NCBI GenBank assembly: GCA_965662845.1
Contig: CBFIJD010000040.1
Coordinates: 1-25,627 of the forward strand
Direction: 5' to 3'
DNA from: an uncultured bacterium
Lineage (GTDB): Bacteria > SAR324 > NAC60-12
DNA: 25,627 nt
A program made the position numbers and the translations under genes. The notes under the pieces were generated by a model, which was not told the origin of the DNA, made no database searches, and saw only the letters and a list, made by a program, of their open reading frames with translations. Positions 1 to 7,958 of this stretch are shown here, piece after piece. Within the stretch, counting starts at the first letter, position 1. Every line of letters begins with the position of its first letter.

Positions 1-111
1 CAGAAATTGTGATTCGTAACTTGTACCTTGCTGGCAGTTGTGTTCCTTTCAGGCGTTTGAGCACGTCGTCTTTCAAACATCGTTTTGTCACACTAAAAAC
101 TAGGAGAACGC

Positions 112-336
112 ATGCAGTTGTTGCGCAAGTCGGGGATGTGGTTGGTCTTTGCTGGGTTGGCTCTATCAGGCTGTGACGCCTTAACAGGCGAACGCTACCC
201 TGTGCCTGAAGGGACTTATGAAGTGCCCCAAACTGAACAGCTCACCCGCCGCACCGAATACTTCAACGACGCGGAAGTCCAAGAGAAGAATTTGATGCGC
301 ATGCGCGACGCTATCCCCTACAACTGGAAAGAGTGA
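112..336 (+). CDS. Small lipoprotein, function unknown (74 aa)
   Basis: AGGAG SD at 102-106; basic N-terminus, hydrophobic stretch, then lipobox LSG-C (MQLLRKSGMWLVFAGLALSGC). Confidence 0.75.
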   Translation: MQLLRKSGMWLVFAGLALSGCDALTGERYPVPEGTYEVPQTEQLTRRTEYFNDAEVQEKNLMRMRDAIPYNWKE

Positions 337-352
337 GCGACGTCCCTCTTGC

Positions 353-373
353 GGAGAGGATCTCAGCCTCTCC
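353..373 (+). terminator. Stem-loop after the lipoprotein gene, possible terminator
   Basis: Perfect 7-bp stem GGAGAGG(353-359)/CCTCTCC(367-373); only a short, distant T-run (384-387). Confidence 0.3.
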
Positions 374-480
374 CTCCCCCCGCTTTTGTCGTTTCACCTC
401 AAACCTCGCTTACGTTGCTCTTCTCCGTCGGTGTCTCCAACGCTCTCTCCGCTCACTCCGTCTTCTGAACCGTTTCTACG

Positions 481-1086
481 ATGGACGACCTACAGCGCAT
501 TGAACTGCTGATTGAACTCGACAAAGGGATCGCGCCGGAAGAGCTAGCCCAACGCTCCGGCGTCGCCTTGCGTGAGCTTCAAGCGCTCGCCCGCTCACTG
601 CGCAGTGAGCCGCCGGCGGCGTCTGCCGCGCTCCAGAAGCAAAAGACTCGCTGGAAAGAAGCAGAGCGCGCGCTCATTGTGGAGCGTGTGCAGCAAGGCG
701 CATATTTGGACGCGATCGCCGAGGAGTATGACCTCCGACTCTCAACGCTCAAAACCTGGTGCAAAAAAGCGGGCATTCGATGGCAGCGCCGGTGGCAGGA
801 TCTCTCCAAACAAGAGCGCACAGAAGTTCAACTCTTGTTGGAAGAAGGAGAGTCTTGGGAAGAAGTGGCCCGTGCGTTTCACATGCACTTGGCCGCCGAG
901 GCGAGTGTTCCTCCGCCCCCTCACACGCTCTTAAGTGTGGAAGAGCGCGCCCTGCTGCTTGAGATTTTTGCGGCAAATCCCAAGACGTCGATTGCGGCTG
1001 CGATGCAGTTAGGAGCGGAGGCGGGGATGTCGTTGGTAGAAGAACGAGTGGCGTCTTACAAAAGACGCTATCTGAAGATGATCTAA
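481..1086 (+). CDS. Tandem helix-turn-helix protein (about 4 HTH-like units), putative DNA-binding
   Basis: Repeated units such as ERALIVERVQQGAYLDAIAEEYDLRLSTLKTWCKKAG and ERTEVQLLLEEGESWEEVARAF resemble transposase-associated HTH domains; no DDE domain visible. Confidence 0.7.
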   Translation: MDDLQRIELLIELDKGIAPEELAQRSGVALRELQALARSLRSEPPAASAALQKQKTRWKEAERALIVERVQQGAYLDAIAEEYDLRLSTLKTWCKKAGIRWQRRWQDLSKQERTEVQLLLEEGESWEEVARAFHMHLAAEASVPPPPHTLLSVEERALLLEIFAANPKTSIAAAMQLGAEAGMSLVEERVASYKRRYLKMI

Positions 1087-1095
1087 GAACAGGAG

Positions 1096-1377
1096 CTACG
1101 CGGTCTCGTACTCTTGAAAGCGAGATCGGCGGGTCACACTGCTGAGCAGAGAACCGATTTCGTCCAGTCCTTCCAGATTTCCATCGTCATGGCGCTTGCC
1201 TTGAGCCTCAATCACTTCCTCTAAAACCACAGAAGGGTTCGCAGCGATAGGGCGACCGGCCGCTTCGTCCACGACTTCGACCTGCAAGTCGTGGCGCACC
1301 AATCGGAGTAAGGAAATCACGTCCTGCACGTGAACACGCTGGTCCGCGTCTACACGAAGTTGAATGCGCTTTTTCAT
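1096..1377 (-). CDS. Hypothetical protein (93 aa)
   Basis: ATG-started ORF filling the gap, convergent with the HTH gene (9 bp apart), protein-like composition; no recognisable motif. Confidence 0.6.
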   Translation of the reverse strand: MKKRIQLRVDADQRVHVQDVISLLRLVRHDLQVEVVDEAAGRPIAANPSVVLEEVIEAQGKRHDDGNLEGLDEIGSLLSSVTRRSRFQEYETA

Positions 1378-1567
1378 GGTTGTCCCAGAAAAAGAAGGTT
1401 GGCGTGATGACCTTCCATAGCTTTCGGCGGGACTTCCTGTCCGGATAGTCAGAGCGGAGCCGTCACAGCTCCCAAATCAAACAAAACACAGGGACAGTAC
1501 TACAATTCACATACCAATGGCGACCGTTTTCTGAAGTCTCCCCGCCGCACAAAGGCCGTCACACGGG

Positions 1568-1584
1568 CTGGCACAAAAGCTGCT
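1568..1584 (+). promoter_or_regulatory. Putative sigma-54 (-24/-12) promoter
   Basis: CTGGCACaaaagCTGCT: GG(1570-71)-N10-GC(1582-83), close to consensus YTGGCAC-N5-TTGCW; intergenic and followed by an A-rich tract. Confidence 0.55.
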
Positions 1585-1669
1585 GAAATAACAAAAAAAC
1601 AAAGCATTTCATGGAGGAATGTCGCCTCGCCAGGAGGGCCTAGCGTCCATCTTTCATCCAGAGTGCACT

Positions 1670-1819
1670 ATGCATTTTTTGTTTCGACGCCTCGTCACAC
1701 GCTCTCTCGAACCTACGACCGCAGAGCCTCTCACCTCGTCCGCAGAAGCCCGCCAGCGTCTGCTCTCCGACAAGGCACGTCGCCTCCGCGAAGGACTCCC
1801 TGTTAGCGTCCGAGAATGA
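1670..1819 (+). CDS. Possible 49-aa small protein coupled to the methyltransferase gene (in-frame upstream ATG at 1619 gives 66 aa)
   Basis: MHFLFRRLVTRSLEP...LPVSVRE; its TGA overlaps the next ATG (ATGA 1816-1819). No clear SD before 1670. Confidence 0.35.
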   Translation: MHFLFRRLVTRSLEPTTAEPLTSSAEARQRLLSDKARRLREGLPVSVRE

Positions 1820-2595
1820 TCTCTGACTTTCGCGAACGCCTCGTGTTTGAGCAGTCGTGGCAAAACACCGTTGTTCAGGTCTGGGAAAAAGGAGATCGTC
1901 GCGAAATGCGTTTTGGGAACCGAATTGTGCAAAGCGCACGTTCGCTCTTGCAGCCCGACTGTCTCTTGTTGCGCTACACGCGTCACACGCTGTTGAGCCT
2001 GGCCTTTGTGCCCAAACCTCAACGCATCTTGCACATCGGCCTCGGTGGTGGAGCCCTGCCTTGTTTCCTGCGGGAACACTTCCCCAACTTGCGGCAGACC
2101 GTTCTGGAGATCAACCCCGTCGTGGTGGACGCCGCACAACGTTTTTTTCAGGTGCCTAACGACGAGCGCTTAGAGCTCCGGCTGGGAGACTTAGTGCAGC
2201 AGCGGGAGCTGGTAGAAGGAGAGTTTGACCTCATCTTGCTCGATGCTTACGAGAACTCAGGAACAGCCAGTGTCTTTGATTCCGCAGAGCTGCTGATGTT
2301 TTTGCAAGACCACCTGCAACCGCATGGCTGGCTTGTCGGGAACTTCTGGTCTCTCTTCCGCCTTTATCCCCAACAGCGCCAACTCTGGGCCTCTCTCTGC
2401 GAACAGCTGTTTGAGTCCCGCACAGACACCGGAGGGAATGCCATCCTCTTCGGTCACCGGCGTAACGCGACGGTTTCTGCTCATCGCTTGCATCTCACAG
2501 CTCGTCAATTAGAAGAAACGCTCCCTGTGCGCTTGCGTCCGATGATGCGCTCTCTCAAAGAAGTTCCCTGCGACCTAGCATCTGCGGGCCATTAG
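1816..2595 (+). CDS. Spermidine-synthase-like class I SAM-dependent methyltransferase-fold protein
   Basis: Motif I ILHIGLGGGAL, acidic residue in VLEINP, FDLILLDAY, and L-x-P-x-G (LQPHGWLVGN). Confidence 0.8.
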   Translation: MISDFRERLVFEQSWQNTVVQVWEKGDRREMRFGNRIVQSARSLLQPDCLLLRYTRHTLLSLAFVPKPQRILHIGLGGGALPCFLREHFPNLRQTVLEINPVVVDAAQRFFQVPNDERLELRLGDLVQQRELVEGEFDLILLDAYENSGTASVFDSAELLMFLQDHLQPHGWLVGNFWSLFRLYPQQRQLWASLCEQLFESRTDTGGNAILFGHRRNATVSAHRLHLTARQLEETLPVRLRPMMRSLKEVPCDLASAGH

Positions 2596-2646
2596 CGTTA
2601 CGCTGGTAGCCTTTTCCCCCACGGGGCCACCTCTTCTCCGCTGCGC

Positions 2647-3510
2647 ATGCAATTTCACAAGTATCACGCCCTCGGCAACGACTACCTCGTTCTGCCACCT
2701 GAAGCTTGGTCTTCGCTAGAGCTGACCCCAGCGCACGTCCAGCGCCTCTGCCACCGACATCTCGGCTTGAGTTCCGACGGGATCTTGTGGGAAGCGCCCC
2801 CCCAACCCAACGCTCACTTTGGGCTGCGCATCTTCAATCCCGACGGCAGCGAAGCAGAGAAGAGCGGCAACGGACTCCGTATTTTCTGTCGCTATTTGTG
2901 GGATCAACAGCGTGTGACAACCAACGAAACCTTTGTCGTCTCCACGCTCGGAGGCAACGTGAGCGCAACCGTGCACGACCTCGGCGCCGAGGTCACCGTA
3001 GAGATGGGGCGCGTTTCTTTTCTCAGCGACGAGATCCCTGTCACCGGCAGCTCTCGTGAAGTGCTCTTGGAAGACATCGAACTCGAAGGCCAAACGTGGC
3101 AATTCAGCGCCGCAACGATTGGGAACCCTCACTGCGTGCTGCGCTGTGAAGCCCCTGACTCCACCTTGGCTTGTCGGCTCGGCTCCCTGCTGGAAAAAGA
3201 CCAACGCTTTCCCCAGCGCACCAATGTCCAGTTTGTGAAAGTGCTGGATCGCAAGCGCATCTACCTTGAGATTTGGGAACGGGGAGCCGGTTACACGCTC
3301 GCGTCAGGCAGCAGCTCTAGCGCCGCAGCCGCCGTTTGCCATCGCTTGGGATGGTGTGACGCCGACATTCAAGTTCACATGCCAGGCGGAACCTTACAAA
3401 TCACACTGGACGCGCAATTTCAGGTCACCATGCGCGGAGCGGTCACCCGCGTCTCTTCTGGAACGGCCCACCACGAACTGTTCACTTACCCATTCCCTAC
3501 AGGCGCCTGA
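2647..3510 (+). CDS. dapF: Diaminopimelate epimerase family protein with Ser at both catalytic positions
   Basis: FHKYHALGNDY, RIFNPDGSEAEKSGNGLR, GNPHCV, FPQRTNVQF, WERGAGYTLASGSS, VHMPGG; canonical MCGNG and ACGTG appear as KSGNG and ASGSS. Confidence 0.85.
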   Translation: MQFHKYHALGNDYLVLPPEAWSSLELTPAHVQRLCHRHLGLSSDGILWEAPPQPNAHFGLRIFNPDGSEAEKSGNGLRIFCRYLWDQQRVTTNETFVVSTLGGNVSATVHDLGAEVTVEMGRVSFLSDEIPVTGSSREVLLEDIELEGQTWQFSAATIGNPHCVLRCEAPDSTLACRLGSLLEKDQRFPQRTNVQFVKVLDRKRIYLEIWERGAGYTLASGSSSSAAAAVCHRLGWCDADIQVHMPGGTLQITLDAQFQVTMRGAVTRVSSGTAHHELFTYPFPTGA

Positions 3511-4556
3511 TGGCTACCTCATCGCTGTTTGGTGACACTCCCGACCTCCACAGCTTCTTGCAGCGCGCAGCCGCAGAGATCACGCAAGCCACCACAGCTA
3601 GGTTGCCGGACGCGGAGCCCCGCTCGTATCTCTATGATTTGATGCGAGACTATCCCCAACGTGGGGGCAAACGCTTCCGCCCCGCGCTCGTGCTGCTTTG
3701 TACCGAGTGGCTCGATGGCAATTGGCAGGAGGCCCTCCCTGCAGCCGTCGCGCTGGAGTTGTTTCACAACTTTGCGCTCGTGCATGACGACATTGAGGAC
3801 TCTTCTCTCTTTCGTCGTGGCCAACCGACCCTGCATCGTCAGCACGGCGTCCCGCTGGCGCTCAACGCCGGAGACAGCCTGTTTGGCTTGGTTTGGGAAG
3901 TGTTGCTGGAGCTGCGTCACACGCTGGGAGCCGACCGTTGCCTCGCGTTGCAGGGATGGTTCGCGCACGTGTTCCGGGTGACTTTTGAAGGGCAAGCCTA
4001 TGACATTGGCTGGGGTTCACAGGATTACTTCCCCACACGCCAGGAATATTTTGAGATGATCCGCCGCAAAACAGGCATGTATTCCGGTCGTGGGCCCTGT
4101 GAGGCTGGGGCGCTACTGGCGCAAGCGTCGGCAGATCTACGACAACAAGTCGGGCGCTTCGGGGAAGCGTTAGGCATTGGTTTTCAGATTCGCGACGATG
4201 TGCTGAACTTGCGCAATGCTGCCGCCGAGCAAGGAGGCTATGGCAAGGAATATGGCGGAGACATCATGGAGGGCAAGCGCACGCTGATTACAATTCACCT
4301 TTTTGAGAACCTCTCTGAGGCTGACGCACAGCGTCTGCGCAGCATCTTGCTCACTCCCGCCGCGCAAACACAGGACGCAGACATCCGCTGGGCGATTGAG
4401 CAAGCCGAGGCGACGGGCGCGCTCCAGGCTGCTGCCGACACCTGTCAAGCCTATGCAGAGCAAGCACGCGACGAACTAAAACAGCTGCCGGAACACCCTG
4501 CGCGCGCGATTCTCTTCGAGCTTGTCGACTTCCTGACCCTTGACCGCGAGCTATGA
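3510..4556 (+). CDS. Short-chain trans-polyprenyl diphosphate synthase (GGPP/FPP synthase, IdsA-like)
   Basis: GGKRFRP, FARM LVHDDIED followed by RRG, GQAYD, KT, SARM FQIRDDVLN, GDIMEGKRT; 1-bp overlap with the dapF stop. Confidence 0.9.
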   Translation: MATSSLFGDTPDLHSFLQRAAAEITQATTARLPDAEPRSYLYDLMRDYPQRGGKRFRPALVLLCTEWLDGNWQEALPAAVALELFHNFALVHDDIEDSSLFRRGQPTLHRQHGVPLALNAGDSLFGLVWEVLLELRHTLGADRCLALQGWFAHVFRVTFEGQAYDIGWGSQDYFPTRQEYFEMIRRKTGMYSGRGPCEAGALLAQASADLRQQVGRFGEALGIGFQIRDDVLNLRNAAAEQGGYGKEYGGDIMEGKRTLITIHLFENLSEADAQRLRSILLTPAAQTQDADIRWAIEQAEATGALQAAADTCQAYAEQARDELKQLPEHPARAILFELVDFLTLDREL

Positions 4557-7500
4557 AGCGCAGGCTTCTTCCGTGAACAGCTCTAGCCACTCTCCGACTA
4601 AGGGGAAATAGAGCGCACACCGCACGGCCCTCTCTTCCATTTGCTGAAACAACTCTCGATAGCTCCTCAACTGTGGCGCATAGCTTCGTGACTGGCGCTC
4701 CCGAAATTCTTCCAGCGTCTCTTCCGAGCGCGGTTCTGACGACTTGTAATCCACAATCCAGCGCACCCCTTCGTCCACAAAAGTTCGATCAATCGTCCGC
4801 CGAACCAGCGCGCCGTCTTGCGCCGAGGTCAACTCCAACTCACTGAAGGCGTCTGTGTTAGCCTGCAACAACCACCGCCCACGAGGATCTTGCAGCGTTG
4901 TGCGGATGGCCTGTTCGATGCGCCCTGAGAAGAAGGACAAGCGGGCTTCAGGGAAGCCTTTGTTGCGCAGCGCTAGCTCCCAGTTGCTTCGTCGTTGGGG
5001 CAAAACCGTGACCGGCCACGCGTCTAATCCATCCTCTGCGATCTGCTGCAAAATCGCGTGAATGTGCACGCCCAGCTCGCGTCCCATCCACCCCGCCGCA
5101 GGCTCTTCTGGGAGCAGAACGGCGTCTTCCTCATGCCAGCTCGGTTTGATCGCGGGAGGGGAGTTCACCGCACGCTCAGGCAAACACTGCTCCCTAGGCA
5201 GCCGCTCCAACATCGCAGGCCTGAGCGTCACACTCGCGGCCGTGCGTGGCTCTGCAGGGGGGAGCGCTCCAATCAAGGCTTGCTCACGCAGTGAGGCCCA
5301 GAGCATTCCCAACGCGGTGTTCGCAGGCGGGTCACTCCAGTCATGATTCTTAGCATCTTCTGCCAGCGCTCCACACAGGTGCAGATGCTGCTCTGCGCGC
5401 GTCACAGCCACATACATCAGCCGCCCCAGCTCATAGCGGCTCTTCTCTTTCTCAAAATCTCGCAGGTACTCATACAATCGATTTTTGGAGGTCTCGTCAC
5501 TGCCAGCTTCGTGGATGGGGGCTAACAGCAAGGCGGAGGGGCGCTCCTCTACGGCTTGTTCGCGCCACTGGAGCAGCGGAGTCTCCTCGTTGCGGCTCGG
5601 GCGGTGCAGTCCAGGCAAAATCACGGTGCCAAACTGCAATCCCTTCGATTTGTGCATGGTCATCACCTCCACTCGGGCGTCCGTGGTGTCGGGCTGCGCA
5701 AAGAGCTCTTGGACGGCTTCTTCTAAGCGGTCAGGCAGAGGCACTTGGCGCTGCTCTAAGTCTTCCAGCAAAGAGAAGAAGCTCTCGGCGTGTTGAAGCT
5801 CTGTGTGCGCGTGCAGGCATTGCGGCCCCCGCAAGCGCAGCCACAGGCGCTCGACCAGTTCGCGCAGGGACAGGTGCCAGCGTTGTGAGGCGACGGGTTC
5901 CCACGCCTGCTGGAAGTGGATCAGGCGTTGTTGCCCGTCTTGGCTCAGCGCATCCCAACGCTTGTTTTCCCACAAAATCGCGCTCACGGTGCGCTCATGC
6001 TCTGCGGGTTCTCCAAACAACAGCGTCAGATCCGCCAAGGTCAAACCACACCAGGGCGCGCGTAAGATCGCCAACCACGCGCCACGATCGCCTTCGTGCA
6101 CCACGGCCCGCGTCAGATGCAGCAAATCCTCCACGACTTGCTGCTCCGCCAAGCGCTCAATCTCCACCGCACGGAAAGGGATCTGAGCCCGACGCAACGC
6201 GGGCAACAGCTCTGTGAGATGTCCTCGGTTTCGCACCAACACGCCGACGCGGTGGTCCTCGTCGGTGCCTTCCAATGTGCGTTGAATGAGCGAGACCACG
6301 CGGTTCGCTTCTGCCTGCTCTTCCTCCGCGCGCAACAGGTGCACCTCCACCGCAGGCGGAGCCGCTAGGGCCGGATGAACGCCTTCAGAAGGTTCATAAC
6401 AGATCGCGCCCACCGCGACGTTCTCTTGTGAGGGCAGCACCTGCGCGAAGGTGGCGTTGACCCAGTCCACGATGCCTTGCTGAGAGCGAAAATTCCGGCG
6501 CAGCTGCAATGGAATCGGGCGCAGCGCGCTCAGCCCAAACTGCTGCACTTGCCGAAACAAGCTGACCTCCGCTTGTCGGAAGCGGTAGATCGACTGCATC
6601 GGGTCTCCGACGACAAACAGCGTGTGCGACCCATCCTTGGGCCACTCCGACGTCAGGCTTTCCAGCAACTGAAATTGTCCTTGGCTGGTATCCTGGAACT
6701 CATCCACCAACAGATGGCGCAGCTCTTGGGGGGCGTTTATCGGGTTTGGCCTCTCTTGGAGCGCCCGCTCTGCGCGTTGCGAGACTTCGGCAAAATCAAC
6801 GGCCCCCTCACTGCGGAAGACGCGCTGAAGGGTGTTGGCTGCCGCCTGTAAGATTTGCAGCAAAGCCCACAAGACCTCCCACGCGTCTTCTTCATAGCGC
6901 AGCGGATATGGGAAGTTTCGCACACGATGGAGCAGCTCGGCGTTTTCGGGAGTTTGGGCGCTCAGCAGGTCGCGTACGGCCTCTTTCATCGCCTTGCCGG
7001 CGTCTCCTGCGGGGAAGCCGTGATTTCTATTGAATTGCTTGCGCCACTTTCCCTCTTTGGTGAGCAGAAAATGACCGAGCGCTTGCCACTTTGGGAGGTC
7101 TTCAGCCCGGGCTGTCAGCGTAGAGTTCCAGTCTTGCAACGCTGCCAGCTGTGCTATTTCGCTTCCTGCCGCTTGGAGATTTGTCAGCGCAGCCTGCACG
7201 ATGCCCTGTAAGGTTTGTTGGGATGTCTCTGGAAAACACTGCGGGAGCGCGCGCATTTCCAGTTGGATCACCTCGGCGAAGGTCTGTTCCAACTCGCGTC
7301 GCAAGCGCTCCGGGTCGTCTGACGCGCGGGACAGGGGGCGCAACCACTGATCGCGGCGCCCGAGCATGTCGCAAAGCAGCTCTTCTACGCGATGGAGATC
7401 GTTGTTCAGGTGCGCCAACAACGTCTCGACCGAGGCGGCGAGTGCATCCTCCTCAGCTTCTAAGAGCGCAAGTGTCCGTCTCGCCGCGAGACGATACAAA

Positions 7501-7934
7501 TCACGGGGTTTCTCCGTCACCTTGGCTGCGGCCCCCACTCCCGACTGCAAGGGGTGTTGACGCACGATCGTCGCGCAGAGGGAGTCAATGGTCTGCACAC
7601 GCAATCGGGTGGGTTGCTCCAGCAAATTCCACTGCTGCGCGTGATTTTGCGCTAAGGCCGCCGCCGCGAGATCGTAGGTTTGCTGCGCGTGAGCTTTCTC
7701 AGGGCGCGGCTGTGTTTGGGCGGCTCGGAGACTCTGTAAAATCCGATGGCGCATCTCCGCCGCCGCTTTGTTGGTAAACGTGATCGCGAGGATGTGCTCT
7801 GGCTCTTCCACAACGGCCAACAGGGCGAGCACCCGTTGCGTCAACAGCTCGGTCTTTCCCGAACCGGCTGGTGCTTGAACAATGAAACTTTGCTGCGTTT
7901 CGAGCGCTTGAGAACGGGCGTCAGAGTCAGACAT
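4551..7934 (-). CDS. addA: UvrD/SF1 helicase with C-terminal PD-(D/E)XK nuclease (AddA/RecB-type, 1127 aa)
   Basis: Walker A APAGSGKT, AITFTNKAAAEM, DEFQD, VGDPMQSIYRFR, NFRS, MTMHKSKGLQF, YVAVTRA; nuclease motif IDR...WIVDYK. Confidence 0.85.
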   Translation of the reverse strand: MSDSDARSQALETQQSFIVQAPAGSGKTELLTQRVLALLAVVEEPEHILAITFTNKAAAEMRHRILQSLRAAQTQPRPEKAHAQQTYDLAAAALAQNHAQQWNLLEQPTRLRVQTIDSLCATIVRQHPLQSGVGAAAKVTEKPRDLYRLAARRTLALLEAEEDALAASVETLLAHLNNDLHRVEELLCDMLGRRDQWLRPLSRASDDPERLRRELEQTFAEVIQLEMRALPQCFPETSQQTLQGIVQAALTNLQAAGSEIAQLAALQDWNSTLTARAEDLPKWQALGHFLLTKEGKWRKQFNRNHGFPAGDAGKAMKEAVRDLLSAQTPENAELLHRVRNFPYPLRYEEDAWEVLWALLQILQAAANTLQRVFRSEGAVDFAEVSQRAERALQERPNPINAPQELRHLLVDEFQDTSQGQFQLLESLTSEWPKDGSHTLFVVGDPMQSIYRFRQAEVSLFRQVQQFGLSALRPIPLQLRRNFRSQQGIVDWVNATFAQVLPSQENVAVGAICYEPSEGVHPALAAPPAVEVHLLRAEEEQAEANRVVSLIQRTLEGTDEDHRVGVLVRNRGHLTELLPALRRAQIPFRAVEIERLAEQQVVEDLLHLTRAVVHEGDRGAWLAILRAPWCGLTLADLTLLFGEPAEHERTVSAILWENKRWDALSQDGQQRLIHFQQAWEPVASQRWHLSLRELVERLWLRLRGPQCLHAHTELQHAESFFSLLEDLEQRQVPLPDRLEEAVQELFAQPDTTDARVEVMTMHKSKGLQFGTVILPGLHRPSRNEETPLLQWREQAVEERPSALLLAPIHEAGSDETSKNRLYEYLRDFEKEKSRYELGRLMYVAVTRAEQHLHLCGALAEDAKNHDWSDPPANTALGMLWASLREQALIGALPPAEPRTAASVTLRPAMLERLPREQCLPERAVNSPPAIKPSWHEEDAVLLPEEPAAGWMGRELGVHIHAILQQIAEDGLDAWPVTVLPQRRSNWELALRNKGFPEARLSFFSGRIEQAIRTTLQDPRGRWLLQANTDAFSELELTSAQDGALVRRTIDRTFVDEGVRWIVDYKSSEPRSEETLEEFRERQSRSYAPQLRSYRELFQQMEERAVRCALYFPLVGEWLELFTEEACAS

Positions 7935-7958
7935 TGGGGGCTTGCTACTTTGGAGAGG

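Noticed and set aside
337..480. About seven GGA motifs on the minus strand, suggesting a CsrB/RsmY-like sRNA
   Set aside because: The motifs are not in stem-loops and follow from the C/T-rich composition of the plus strand; no minus-strand promoter or terminator seen.
481..1086. IS element
   Set aside because: HTH units only; no DDE catalytic ORF, terminal inverted repeats or target duplication seen.
1545..1582. c-di-GMP-I riboswitch-like GCACAAA...GCACAAAAGC
   Set aside because: Lacks the GGCAAA/GNRA P2 stem and the P3 stem; better explained by the sigma-54 motif.
7151..7777. 208-aa plus-strand ORF
   Set aside because: Antisense shadow of addA; Arg/Pro/Ala-rich with no motifs.
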